From Halocafeteria seosinensis (taxonomy: Eukaryota): a stretch of 64,000 bases of DNA. Shown in pieces: positions 1 through 12,888 of this stretch (the first letter of the stretch is position 1; each line of letters starts with the position of its first letter). Location: assembly GCA_001687465.1 (NCBI GenBank), contig LVLI01000173.1:1-64000 (forward strand), in the 5' to 3' direction. The notes under the pieces were generated by a model. The model saw only the letters and a program-made list of their open reading frames with translations, was not told where the DNA came from and searched no databases. The position numbers and the translations under genes are program-made.

Positions 1-1
1 G

Positions 2-202
2 CCTGTCCTTCAGAAAATAATCGAAACACTTGAGCGTTTGCGGGAGCAGCCACAGGTGAAGTCTATCTCGCTGCATCATGTTCCTCGGGAGGAAAACACG
101 GAGGCTGACCGTCTAGCTAACGAGGCAATCGATCGGAAAGACATTATGTTTTGTAATGATTCTACAGGGGAATACTTCGTGGGGGATCCGAACTCCCTTT
201 AA
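2..202 (+). mobile_element. C-terminal end of an RNase HI (archaeal/plant-like) domain, ORF truncated by the window start
   Basis: Frame 2 reads ...VKSISLHHVPREENTEADRLANEAID...* (stop 200-202). This matches the RNase HI C-terminal H-[VI]-x-R-x-x-N-x-x-A-D-x-L-A motif, and it sits next to retroelement relics. Confidence 0.75.
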
Positions 203-269
203 ACTCGTTAGGGGAGTATAACCACATGAATATACAATAATAATCCATGCTTTCCCGTTCGCTCTGCGT

Positions 270-910
270 ACTGTCATCCCTATGCGCCGCCTCCATTCCT
301 CGTCCTCCCATTCAACCGTCCCTGCTGGCGAGCCAAGAACGACCACCCCTAAGGTCCTGATACGGATATCCGAAGGAAATGGAGTGCCAGGAGAGAGCAA
401 CAATTCGGTTTTTGACCGGTTAACTTGGAGGCCAACGGAACCGCACTCTTCTTCAAAGGCCATCAAGGCCTCACAAAGTCGGTGTGGCTCTCCGACGACG
501 GAGACGCCGTCGAGGTAAGCCATGAAGGTAAGGGAAGACTCAATGCCAGAAGCGTAGAGTGGATGCCAATAGCAAAAAGCACTGGGCCTAGGGATCCCCT
601 TGCCTCACCCCCTCACTGGATTTAGCCAGTTCCACCATCCGATATAGCAGAGGAGTATCGCCTCCATAGGCCCAGGCAAAGTAACGAGACAACGAAGGGA
701 ATTCGCGACTGACAACATTGGCCACATGCCGTCGAGAGACGCAGCTGAAGGCATTTTTGCAGTCGATCTGCAAAACGCCGCAACCTTCCCTGAAAGCCTG
801 TCGACAAGAATGTATAACCGCATCAAGGCCACCCTTAACTCCAGCGCCGCTTGGTGATCCGCCTCTTGGTTCCTACTCCTCGGCACGAATTCCCATGTTA
901 TCTCCACATG
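270..910 (-). mobile_element. CRE-clade non-LTR retrotransposon relic: RNase H tail followed by reverse transcriptase, frameshifted
   Basis: In order: WEFVPRSRNQEADHQA (RNase H end), LQIDCKNAFSCVSR, SSEGVRQGDPLGPVLF, AYLDGVSVVG, GLQVNRSKT, GVVVLGSPAG. These are non-LTR RT motifs of CRE type, spread over several frames. Confidence 0.85.
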
Positions 911-1110
911 GGTCTTACCCAGAGAGAGAGGTGGTGTAGCTGTTTATGCTTCTACCTTTGTTCAGTAGTATTCCAAGATCATCAACAATACACACTACTG
1001 CTCCACATGGGTGCCAGAGTTGATTTCCTCGATCCGCCTCCACTTTTCGTGAAGAGAGCGCTTATTAATCCGTTTATTCCCATTGATCTGTCCGATGACG
1101 GTAAGGCAGC

Positions 1111-1249
1111 GGCGTTTTGCAGATCGACTGCAAAAATGCCTTCAATTGTGTCTCTTGGCGGCATGTGGCCAATGCTGTGAGTTGCGAATTCTCTTCGTTG
1201 TCTCGTTACTTTGCCTGGGCTTATGGAGGCGATACCCCTCTGCTATATC
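1111..1249 (+). mobile_element. Inverted copy of the RT motif-A segment at about 641-780
   Basis: QIDCKNAFNCVSWRHVANAVSCEFSSLSRYFAWAYGGDTPLLY is nearly identical to the minus-strand copy. Confidence 0.9.
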
Positions 1250-1564
1250 ATTGTAGCTGTTCTCTTTTCCTTTCGTTGCCCTCTTTGCCCGTAGGCCTAT
1301 AATATACACGTCGTCGTCGTCAATCCAATAATGAAGCGGAGTTGGCTGCCCTCTTCCTCGCTCTCGACACAGACAGTTGAGGAGCTTACGAACTTTTCAG
1401 TCAATTTCACGATGCGCCTGACTATATATGGAGACTCTCTGAACGCAATTAATTGGGCGCAAGGAACGTTTGCCTGTAATTCACCCCACCTGCCTGTGTC
1501 TTGATTAAGCACATTTTCCGAGAGTCGCGTGTACTTATGGTCCACCGACTTTTACTACAACTAC

Positions 1565-2095
1565 TTACATTCCACTAGCTCTCAACCAAACAGACAGCTC
1601 TCGGAAAATGTGGTTAATCAAAACACAAACGAGACGCTGCCTTATTTTACGAACAAACGTCGTCGGCGACCAGACTCTCGTAGAGGGAGGGTAGCACTCT
1701 AGAGACTTGAGAAACTCAAGACCACGCTCACCAATTCCCCCCAGGGTCTGGAAACAGACCGGCACGAAACGTAAATCTGGCTGATCACAAACAGAAGAAT
1801 AATGACGAAATTTTGTTTGCTCACGAAGCCTCGTCGCACCATAGATGTCTCCAGTCTGGGCAGAAGCATGACTCAAGGGTTCAGAAGCGGAGACGTCGAG
1901 GACTTGTTGACCCTGACCATCTAACAGGCACGGCAGGGACGCCCTGTCGGTTTCCGCGCCCTCGGACCGGCGGCATAGCGGTGAAATGACGCCACCCCCT
2001 AACATTGGGTATTGCAAGATCCCCTCTTCACAAAGAGCGCAAACCTGGCGTGCACTTGCCACAGATAGAGCCAAACCCAACCGATATCGCCGAAG
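1565..2095 (-). mobile_element. CRE-like retrotransposon 3' relic: restriction-like endonuclease (RLE)
   Basis: VLDVS...REQTKFRHY...FVPVCFQTLGGIGERGLEFLK, homologous to 54519-54977. Confidence 0.8.
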
Positions 2096-2519
2096 CTTTT
2101 TGAGACAATGTACACCAGATCTCTTCCGGTAGGATCAATACTAGTATCATATAATGGTACACTCGACATACAGTGTTATGGTACATCTATGTCAGATACA
2201 ACCATTATATCCGGTCGGAGCTCTTAAAAGAGTCTGAAGGTGATTTTGCAAGTCTGGGAGAGTCCAATCCGTTGCTCCAACGATCTGCCCGCCAGCAAAA
2301 ACCTCTTCCGAAATTCGTGGTAGGAGAGTGTGTCATACTTGTTACATTTCATGTTCTTCCACAGCTCCGTCGCCGCAGAGGCTGAAGACGGAAACATCCA
2401 ACAGAAGAGGACATCGTGGTTGCACAACTTTGATGTCCGCTCTCATGCTATTGCCTGCTTAGCTAGCGGCTCCCCCAAAAAAAAATTCAATGGAATTCGA
2501 GCATGATCTCACAGCGTAT

Positions 2520-3120
2520 GCTTCAATCGAAGCTCCCAGAAGATGCTTCTGCTTTCCTAAATGCCCATTTCTGAAATTGATAACTGACAACATTCGTTTG
2601 CTTCTTGCTAGAAAGCATGAACGCTAATTCATTTCTCAGGGAGTTTGTAGAATAACTTCTGGAATCCCTATCCAACCTTTGTAACGGTATACAATGTATA
2701 CACACTGCTGCTGGTGTTATTTTAGGGAAGGTTAGTGCTATTAAATACAGTTGGAATTAACAGGATTACATCCCGGCAAAACTTGGCTATTCGAATCATT
2801 GCGCTGAGCCACGTGTGCATCGGTCCAATACGCTTCTGGAACAAACCGAGAAGCACGGCACTGTAGGGTCATTTTTTCTTTTACAACATGTCTCGAACAA
2901 ACAATACGCCTCCAGGGTGCTTACTGTTCCTCTGTGAAAATTAGTGACCCAGCCCTTGGAAGGGGTCACATATATTTGCGAACGCGTCCTCATTTCGCTT
3001 ATGACACCGTTTATCTCTCCCTTCACTGCGCCTCAAAACAACGGTAGCTTTCACTTACTAATAAATACGGTTTCCATCAACCTCACTTACGGTAGTAAAG
3101 ATGCCGTCGTATCGCTTCTC
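2520..3120 (-). mobile_element. Possible decayed pogo/Tc5 (DDE_1) transposase relic
   Basis: Broken-frame fragments DG...KATVVF, SKGWVTNF, VLD and LQRLD occur in the order expected for DDE_1 motifs. The match is weak. Confidence 0.3.
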
Positions 3121-3254
3121 AGGACAGCTTCTCGCAGAATGTACATACAGAGATCACTGCCTACGAGATGGACATGCTGGCTGCGTTCAACATATCCCAC
3201 CACCAAATGCTGCAAATTCAGGGTACTGGGTAAGAGCATCCAAAGAAACGGTAT

Positions 3255-6200
3255 CTAGACTAGATAACGCACCTCAGTAGTACTCAGGATTTCCTTTTTG
3301 GTTGTTTTTGACAGGTCTGCCCTCCATCTTACTACGCTTGCGATTATGGCATACCACTCAGGGGCGCCCCGGGCACAAAGCAACAGAGGCCCCGCAATTA
3401 CAGGAACTATGGTCGACGGAGGACGAGATATTAACCGCAAAGTAATAGATAACGGGAAAAGCACAGCAGAAGCAACACGCTGGGACATCAGGGGGGCAAA
3501 TCCGGACACAATCTCATCAATGTCATACTCGATATGCTCTCGGCGTTTCTGGGTACACTTAAACGGCGCCTTCCGCAACATTTTTGTCGGCTTGATTGCG
3601 TCAAAAAGATGAGCCAAATAAGAAATAGCTAGCTGAGCTGTACATCGGCTGTATTGGGCCTTACCAAACCAGGGGTCGAGGGAAACCCTGGCACAACGCA
3701 GCTGCCTCTTGAGGTTTTCACATACTCTAGGTATCACCCCCGTGGCGCTCTCTGAGTCCAACTCTGCATCCCATTCAGCCGTGAACAGTTTCTGGAGTGG
3801 TGCTGTGGGCCTCTTTCTGGATCTAGCCCCGCGGAATTCGTCATGTATACCGTAAGAGGAGTGCGAATTCGCCGAGTCTACAGAGATGACTCCCGCAGAG
3901 CTTCCCCGACGGTTCAATTCACTGAACCCTTTTCCAACAGGGTAGCGCTTCGTTGAAATCGTCGGCATGTACCCCTCACCAACACCATTTTCAAGCGGAT
4001 CATCGTCGAAAGCGGTCACCAGCTTCTGTGCCAACAGACCGGAAGCTCGCAGGCCATGATGAAGAACTTGCTTCTCGGCCTCGGAAGCTTCCTTACGAAT
4101 CTCTTCGGCAGAGAGATAATGAACAGTTTCATGATGAACTTCCATTTGCTCTCTCGCCTTATCTATTACTCCAGCAACTTTAGTGTTAAATAGACGAAAC
4201 ACACCCACAGCATTACCAAAATCGTTCACAACATGCACAACAGTGTCTGGACTTATATGTGGATCTCTACACTTCGTATTACAACGGGAGCAAGTATCAC
4301 GCAATGCCACCACGCATTCGTAGGAGACCGTAGAAATCAAAGGAGCAGATTGTGAATTCCAAGCGCTGCAGAGGAGGTTGCAGACCTGAATGAAAATGTT
4401 CGCACTGTATGTTTGCAGCTCCGGCCTAACATGTTCATCCAAGTAGACATCGTGAAGCTTTCCAAAAGTTTCCAACCCAACATCTGTTCGCTGCAGTATA
4501 GTGATTACATTCCTAAGCGCGGGGTGAGTCTCCCATGCATCATTGCCACCTTCTGCAGCATCCGACTTTTCCCGTTGGCCCTCGAGGAAGGTCTCTATTC
4601 CAGTAATTATGTACTTGCGAATTTTTACGTAAATCTCTAAAACAGCAAACAGACAACCCGCTTCATCGAAGCAAACATCATGTGAGCTTGCTTGACGGCA
4701 AACCCGTGAAAGGTTCTTCACTTTCTCCATCAGATTTTCATCGCAAGCCAGTAGAAGGTAAGCACATGCACATAATTCACGTCCTGTTGCTGAAACCTGC
4801 GACGAGAAAATCCTCCATAATCCTTTATTAAAACGGACAAGATTTGGGAAAAATAGGGGATGGAGTGGTTGAATACATACGAAATCTATGGTAAACTCCT
4901 CTATATCTCGGTGTCCTTCTTGCAACGAATTTACCTGCAGGAGCAGTATCCCATCAAGAGTGCTACCCGAAGTAGCATCACCTGGATATACACACCTGCT
5001 CTTGTTCAATCGGACTCTCTATAGGCTCTTCCATTGGCTCGCGGAGCGAACTTAGCAAATAAAGGAGACAAGCCTCGAGTTGGCTTGTGCATACATAAGA
5101 ATTGCGAAGCAAGGAGCTGTCTTCACGGTCGGCCAGTAGACTCAAAAATTGATTGATAGTTCTCTGGTTAAAAGTGGTGGTCCGAGCGGTGAGGTCAGAG
5201 AAAAGCGTAGCCACTATGTCGTGTGCAGTACTGTCAGCCTCTTCAGAACGCTGTTGCTGGTCGATAGACGTCTTTAACGCTTCTAACCACTGCTGTTGGC
5301 TCGTCCCCAGGGAGGAGGGATCCGCCTCTGGCTCGCTGAACGTCGATGAGCACTTTACTTCGGGGCCACGAGATTCATACTCTTTCTTCGACATGTCTGT
5401 GGGGACACGGGGGTGCGCAGACTCGGTGCTGTTGGAAGGAATCTGCGCGTTGAAAAACTCGCGAATTTGATTGCACCAACGTTCAACGGACTGCTCAAAT
5501 GAAAGGCTATCTTCTTGGGAGCCAATTTCGATCATATCCTCGGCCAGTTCTACAGACCCAATAGACCATACAGATAATCGATGCTGAGTAGACTCGATGG
5601 CCTCTTCGATATCTTCATCCAATGGCTCGTCATTGCCGCTAGCGTAGCCTGCCGCCGAAGGGAGTGGACTTGCATCACTAGGGGAATGACACACTCTGTG
5701 GCCAACTGCTCCGTTGCGAAATTGTGAGAATCTGCCTTGCGTTTCTACAGTAGTCGCCTCAGCGCCGGTATCGACATGTTGCTTAGTATCCGAAGGAGGG
5801 CCACCACACAGATCTCCAGCGTTACTGTTAGTACGGCTCTTATGAGGAATGTGTAAAGTAGTTTTTAGAGACGACTTCCTCGGGTAGAACTCGTCTGTCT
5901 TTGCCGAACTGGGACGGCGAGCCTGGATTTCATCCACATCATCATCCCCGCTGCTTTCGTTGCACGATAAATCAAAGTCAACACCCACGCGACTCGAACG
6001 GGGACTAGTGGATCCAGTTTCCTCCGAATCAGCAATAGACCAGTTGTCGATGTCATTCATTTGGGGAGTAATCTGCTGAGAAGCCTCATGCAAAGCGGCA
6101 ATCCAGCCTCTCAAGGAGCTCTGAGATGTAGCAGAACAGATTAAGCTCCTCCCTGGAGCTGTCAGTCGAAACGAATAACATCCTTTCTCTTCACTAATAT

Positions 6201-6945
6201 CTTCCACAACGCACGGTTTTTCTAAACGAATAGTCCCACGAGGCTTCCGATGTCTAACCTTCTCAGCGTTCGCTACCTTATTGCAGTTAGGTACGAAAGG
6301 GTCTTTTGTATAATATTCGAGCCGTCCGGGAAACAACAAGAAGTATCTTGAATGCCAAGTGGGAAAATGTCGGCCAAGCTTCTTTAGCCACCCTTCCCGT
6401 ATTGGGGGTCCTTTATGGCACAATATCGCCAAAGGCGAGTCGCCTCCCATTGATCCAGATGTCATCTGATGTTCCCTTTTAGCAAGATTTTGTTTTTGTA
6501 CATGTTTTCGCAAATCTTCTGGTTCCTCGTATTTCTTCATTTTCGGTCTTTTCCGTGTTTGTGGTCCTTGCCCTTCATCATCTTGGTTTACAGCACTAGC
6601 GGCAGTTGCAGTCAAAGGAATTCCATTTTGCCGATTTTCCCGTTCCAGCCAATCTTTCCTTCCAAAGTCCTCCGCAACATCAATGGGGCGAACGTTATTA
6701 CTACTGGGAAAATCCGGTTCTGAGCCCAATTTGACGAGAATATCGACAATTGGTCGACATCCGCTTTCTAGGCTCTCCACGAGCGCGTCCGATAGGGCTT
6801 TTCTCGCCCGGTGTTGAGCTGTGGCGCCTCCCTCATGCATAATTCCTCCATCCAGACTGTGTGATATAATGTCGATTGCGCATAAAGCTGCTCGGAAGGC
6901 ATCATGTGCGTCACATGACGAAATCATGTCCTGAACCGACGCCAT
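3255..6945 (-). CDS. PH-domain protein with a helical (Sec6/exocyst-like?) C-terminal region; two exons
   Basis: PH domain: REGWLKKLGRHFPTWHSRYFLL...SLRGWIAAL. A 61-nt GT-AG intron at 4935-4995 joins ORF 4978..6945 to ORF 3255..5009 in frame (EQEQ|VNSLQ). The C-terminal family assignment is tentative. Confidence 0.8.
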
Positions 6946-7522
6946 TTTCCCTCGTGTATCTGTTTTTAATGCCCACGTGTGCGTTAAATACAGAGACTAT
7001 AGCTATATCGATGACATTCCTTTGATCTCAAGTGTACAGTACGAGCAATGATCGCGGAATTTTTCCTATCGAACAGCTACAATCGAGTAAAACAAGAGGT
7101 GTTTCTACTCTGATGTTTCTGCTCCACGGCACCCCAGGATTTTCGACGCCATAAAACATAAGGTTCTACAGCCCAAACACTTCTGAAACCACTGCAGTGA
7201 CACGGAGAAATGATCAAAAGACACATCACATTGACACAAAATATTGTAGGACAACTGTTAAGGCGATAAATGCGCCCCGTGCCCCCAGACAGGCCACCTT
7301 TTTTATCCCCTACGGAATTCCCCTCGCTCGGTCCTTGTCGAAAGTTGAAGTTTCAACGGGGTAATGACCATCCAGACAGTCTGGTCAAACTGAGTGTGTG
7401 TTCAGCTACGTGCGGGAAGGGCTGATATAATACCAGCAATAACATTGTATTATAACATGCTTAAGTTTGCAGCTTCACACCCGAGAACACAGGACAGCTT
7501 TGGGAAACACGGAAGATAAAAC

Positions 7523-7529
7523 AAAAAAA
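7523..7529 (-). terminator. Pol III oligo-T terminator of the tRNA
   Basis: T7 run 12 nt downstream of the tRNA 3' end on the minus strand. Confidence 0.7.
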
Positions 7530-7541
7530 GAGAAACTCTCG

Positions 7542-7614
7542 TGCCCTCACCAGGGATCGAACCTGGGACCTCATCCTTACTAAGGATGCGCTCTAACCGC
7601 TGAGCTATGGGGGC
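7542..7614 (-). tRNA. tRNA-Thr (anticodon AGT)
   Basis: GCCCCCATAGCTCAGCGGTTAGAGCGCATCC-TT-AGT-AA-GGATGAGGTCCCAGGTTCGATCCCTGGTGAGGGCA folds as a 73-nt cloverleaf with A and B boxes. Confidence 0.96.
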
Positions 7615-7896
7615 ATGTACAGCGCTGGCAAATGAGGATTGTGTATCCCATCTATGATAGCGCTGGTAACCCGCCACCAATGGATGTTGATTGCATTGCT
7701 TTTGCGGAAACTGAAGTATACAAGCCATGCTCTGAAAACCTAACCGCAGGATCTATGGATCTAAAAGGTAGACCAGTCTCTTTGCATGAGTAATGCAGCC
7801 TGGCCCACTGCCAGCAGTAACGATGTCACTGATATCAGCTGATGAGTACAGTGCGCCAAGTTGTTCTTGATTGTGTATTTCGTCATTCACTGGAGA

Positions 7897-9886
7897 CTAA
7901 CGTGGCATTTTCGTCCTCGGTAACCCTGTGTATTCTTCACCGCGTTCTCGTTTGCCGCTGATATCGGGATGTACGCCACCTCCTGCTCCGTAGGAAAGCA
8001 ACTTCCCGGATACGTTTTGAGCTCTTTGCCCAGTGGATACCCTTGTCCCCATAGCCCTTTCAGCGTCAGTAACCGACTGTTGATTCCGACGTGCCCTACC
8101 TGATCCCTGGTATGCATACTGCTCTTTGGTTTCTCCAGGGCGTTGGCGGACCCAAAACTTGCTGAAATGATCTACGGATCCTGTGGACACATATTGAACA
8201 TCACACTTTAATCCGTCCATTGACTCAGGAAGGAGAATACTCACCTGTTCCTAATGTCAGCCCGGCAGGATGCCATTGCATAGAGCAAATGGCAGCATCA
8301 TGAGCATTCCATACTCGAGCGTTCGGTTTCTCATTTCCAGTTACCCAATACGATAAACCTCCATTCACGTGGCCCGATGCGAAAAGACGCTCATGAAAAG
8401 GATGCCACGCTATTGCTGAATTATCATGGTTCCATATTCTCACCATCGCAACATCACGTCTAGGCAAAGTGTGCGTCGAAGAAACACTTACACGTGGCAG
8501 GTTTCAGCTCATCGCAGTTTATAGTTTGGAATTCTTGCATCTTTCGTATGTCGAATAATTTCATCGTATGATCCTGAGAGGCAGTGAGTAGCCAGAACCC
8601 GTTGGGGTTCCACTGCACCTTCGATATCGGTCGCTTATGACTAGAACTGTAGCAAAGCAATACCTGGCACGTAGCAAATACGCCCTGTTGGTTAGGACAA
8701 AACGGATACTTACATGGTCTTAAGGTCTTTTCCAGCGCGTGGGTCCCAAAACTTTATTCGCGAATCTTTTGATCCAGAAGCAATCAAACTACTCGTAGGG
8801 TGCCAGTCAACACACTTCACATCCCAACCATGACCTGTCAGCTCTATATCTTGTTTTACATGCCAGAAGTCCCACACCTTCACCGATCCGTCATCGCTAC
8901 ATGAACAAAACTTTGAATCCGTCGGAGAGAACGACAAATCCCGGACTGCATCCTTGTGTGCCTCAATAGCCTGTAGAACGTGTGGAAGAAAGTCAACAAG
9001 ACCCCCTAGACACGATAACTCAATTGGGCAGATACCATACCTCATTTGGATTCATATTGGCGGACCAATACTTGACCAGTCCTCCTTGATCAGCCGAAAT
9101 AAGCCAATCATTGTTGTGCGACCATTCTAAGGACAAAATAGGACTGTCGTGAGCCTGTAAAAGACGAGGCCTTCACGCTAAAGCTGCGGATATACTACAT
9201 AAACAGCTGTAATGCAGATGCCATACCTGGAAAATTGTATCAAACGCATAAGTGAATCCGTCCCAAAGAGTGAATTCTCCACTGGCAGCTCCTGTGATAA
9301 ATCTTCGTCCCTCTGGCGTCCACTGCAGTTGATAATGCCAAGTGTGCCCTGCAACATGGTCCACGCGACACGCACGCGCGCTCATGAAACATACTATGAC
9401 TTGATTGATTGGGCAGCGAATTTTGTTCACAGCGCTTCTGGCAATCTTAGTGCAGAAGCAGTCGCTCGGGTCTCCTCGATTCGCCATCGGTGGTAGTACC
9501 TGCACACTTCAAACGTGGTCTTCCAAATAGACTCCGAAAACGATAACAGTGCACGTACATATCGAGCGTATGCACTATGGGGCTGTACCGGGCGCCTATC
9601 CCAGGGGAACTCTCGTCTTGTTATAGTGTCCTGTGGGTGTAGTAGCTCATTATACCACAGGAGAATGTGTTAAGTCAGCCACTTTTTTTCTCCCGAACCA
9701 GCTATTCCATACCTCCAACATTGTTATTATCAAGGGTCTTATATCAAAGGACTTCTGTTTGGTATGTCGCTTGCTCTGTCGCACTTCCATTTCGGACCTA
9801 TATACACCTGCATTGCGGGTATCATCTCCTCCACCACCCCCACGATGCGATGACCCCATACTCTGAGGATCACTTCGACGTGACAT
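7897..9886 (-). CDS. WDR33: Pre-mRNA 3'-end processing WD40 protein WDR33/Pfs2, multi-exon
   Basis: Exons encode [72 protein letters not shown] and [10 protein letters not shown]. Confidence 0.93.
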
Positions 9887-10044
9887 ATTACCATATACCA
9901 ACGAGATCTATGTGTGATGTAAAATGCATTAGTGGTTTTCCCATTTATTTATCTATTGGCTTATCGAATCAAATGGATGACAAAACATCCGATTTAGTCC
10001 TCACTGAACCTGTACACGTACATCGTTGTGCTTGCGCAAAGCTA

Positions 10045-10100
10045 AGGATGCGGTCAACTCCCCGGCCTGTGGGCTATCTGTCACATATGTGTGTGTGTAC
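10045..10100 (+). mobile_element. Remnant of the putative PPT/LTR junction of the element at 26690-27820
   Basis: AGGATGCGGTCAACTCCCCGGCCTGTGGGCTATCTGTCACATATGTGTGTGTGT nearly matches the reverse complement of 26688-26742. Confidence 0.8.
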
Positions 10101-10943
10101 GGTAAGGTGGTGATTCTGTTGAAAGAGTCGGCTCAAAACGCAACATAAGCAGTTGAACCTCGCCGATATATGAGCAAGGAATCAAGTTGTTCGGAAGGTG
10201 CTGCTGTATGGTATGCAAGGTGGTGATAGGAATTCGGGAACCTATAGCCATGAAAGAGGATGTAACAGACAACAAGTCAAAATTTCACTCCGCTGCAGGC
10301 TTGGCGGCAGACAATTTCCGTGGTAGTACATGATGGTACCGTCTGCCAAATGTAACGGAGGTGTGTCGTACGACAATTTGGTACAGTGTACCATTTTTTC
10401 CAGTGTGTGGTGCTTCGGAGCCACAATGTTGAGCAGCACACTAATGAACTAATTTCTAAGCAAATAGCAACACAGTGGTACTTTGGAAAGATGATGCGTT
10501 CCAAAGATCTTTTTTCGCTGTTCACATTGAGCTATCCTATCCCCCAATATGCAGAGTGAAGTGTCATCTCAGCTACTGCTGGCCAGCCCAGTCGCGCGGG
10601 TCTTCTGTGCACACGATGACTTTACAGTCCGTCTAGGAAATCAAATACTACTTTAAGTTGGCAGTGTTTGTAACAACCGACTAAATCTGAATCCGACTAA
10701 ATCTGGGATTCGCGAATGACATATGACTCATTGAGTAGCTCACTTCCTGTGAACTTCGCAGACCCGGCCACGGTAATGCGCAATGCACGGTGTACATTGC
10801 TCTATAGGGTCTTGAGATAGTATAGATCCTGCATCGTGCTGATCGACACGAAGACAGTCTCCATATTTATTTACTATTACCATCCTGCGTTGTGTGCACT
10901 CGGCTACTTGACATACTCCTCTGTAGAAGGGAAGAATTGAGCC

Positions 10944-12888
10944 ATGGCGTTCTTGTCGTCTACAGATTCATTGCTCTTCAGTAGCAAAGCCGATACGTTT
11001 GAACAAGGGAATAAACTCCTGAGGCAAGGAAAACTCGACAAAGCTATACAATGCTATGACCAGGTGCTTCGTCTAGACCCGCAATTTCGAGAGGCGTACA
11101 TCAACAAAGGCCTGGCTTTGATGCATCAGAAGCGTACAGAGGAAGCACAGTATTACTATGCCAAAGCATTCTCGTTGGATAAGCAGCACGCTAATTCATC
11201 GTTCGAGCAGGGACTTGAACTGGCCAAGAACGGGAAATTCGGAGAAGCTGTCAAATGCTATGATACAGTAATCACGATTTCCCCCGAACATATTCGAGCT
11301 CATCAAATGAAGGGCCTGGCCCTGAAAGAATTAGGAAAATACCCGGAAGCTCTAGCATCGTTTGATAAGGCCATCAGGCTAGATTCGACTGATAAACGCT
11401 TATTCCTGAGCAAAGCTCTGACACTGGAAGCACAAGGAAAACTAGAGAGTGCCATCCGACACTATGATAAAGCGATCAGTTTGGATCCGTGGGATAAAGA
11501 AGCATGCTATAACAAGGGTCGGATACTGGCAAGCCAGGGAAACTTGGAAAAAGCATTAGATGCCTATGAGAAGTCAATCAATTTGGATCCGTATTATGCT
11601 TGCGCACACGTAGAGAAGGCTCGACTTTTACACCGACAAAACGAGTTCCAGAGATCACTGTACTGTTATGATGAAGCGCTTCAAATTGACTCCAATTGTA
11701 AAGAAGCGTATTGTGGCAAAGGCCTTACACTAGTAACACAAGATAGATTGAGCGAAGCGAGCACTTGTTTCGACATTGCGCTTAAGATTGACGCTCAGTA
11801 TAACGAGGCTCGTTGCGGTAGGGGAACCGTGTTGGAAAAGGAGGGGAAAGAGGTGGAAGCTATGAGGTGCTACAATGAGTCCATCCGAAGGAACGCCAGG
11901 TATGAGCAAGCATACTACTACAAAGCCAAGCTGCTACAGAAGCAAGGCAAGGAAGAAGAGGCCATGAACTGCATCAATAGCATAATTCGCATCGACTCTA
12001 CGAACGAATTGACATGCAAGATGAAAGGAGAGGTATTGGATAGTCTTGGACGTTCAAATGAGGCAGAGGAATGTTACTTGCGTGCCGTCAGACATAACTC
12101 TTCGGAAACACATAAAGAGACTTCGTCAGTTGTTGCAAACGACCACGATCCCGAGGCGACCCCGCCTTCTTCCAGCAATGCTCATTATACTTCCAGTAGT
12201 GCTCAAGAGCGGCCGGGGCATGCTCAAGAGCAGTCAAGCATGCACAGTGACTCGATAGAATTTGAGTATTCAGGTATGTACCATTCCAAGGGGTCCTGAT
12301 TGTATTGCGACTCTTATTGGCTGACCTTCGGCTGCAGATGGTGCGTCACCGTTTCCTGAGTCAAGACGAAGCCCAATGAAGCGGAAAAAACCGGACGGAA
12401 GTCTTCAGTCTCCTCGAAAAGTAAGAAAACTACAAAGGGCCGCCTTGGAGGGTAATCGTAATGCTATCAAAGAAATGTTGCTGGAGGAGGAATCATTAGA
12501 CTTCACCGACGCGGCAGGTAACACTTTTCTACATAAGCTTCTTAAGAGTAACCACTTAAGTGATAGAAAGAGAGTCGAACTCATACTTGACGATGAAGAG
12601 CTTACGTTTGATTTAGATCAGCAAGATGGAGAAGGAAAGACTCTGTTGCATCTAGCTGTAGAGGACAGGGAATCAGACCTTATTGACGCGTTACTGGGCA
12701 TGGGTGCCAACCCAAACATTGTCGACAAAGATGATAAGACTCCGCTATGGTACATTGTCGAAGCAACAGAGATGGATACCTTCCGATACGTATACCGACA
12801 GTATCATACGTTGTTTGATATGAATATTTTGTCAAACAAGGAAGCGTTGCATCATGCCCAGAGTTGGCCTCTCACACTGGATGAATAG
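10944..12888 (+). CDS. TPR-repeat plus ankyrin-repeat protein, two exons
   Basis: About 11 TPRs in ORF 10944..12299. Intron 12274-12337 (GTATGT...CTGAC...CTGCAG) removes the stop and joins in frame to the ankyrin ORF (GNTFLH, GKTLLHLAV, GANPNIVD). Confidence 0.8.

Noticed and set aside
7345..7390. Small hairpins near the tRNA as a possible ncRNA
   Set aside because: Short stems with no recognisable box motifs.
7839..7870. CTGATGA hammerhead-like core (also 13843 and 31526)
   Set aside because: I found no stem II plus GAAA arrangement with the required pairing, and two hits are inside genes.
10677..10730. CCGACTAAATCTG direct repeat and TGACTCA motif upstream of the TPR gene
   Set aside because: Plausibly regulatory but too short to support without comparative data.
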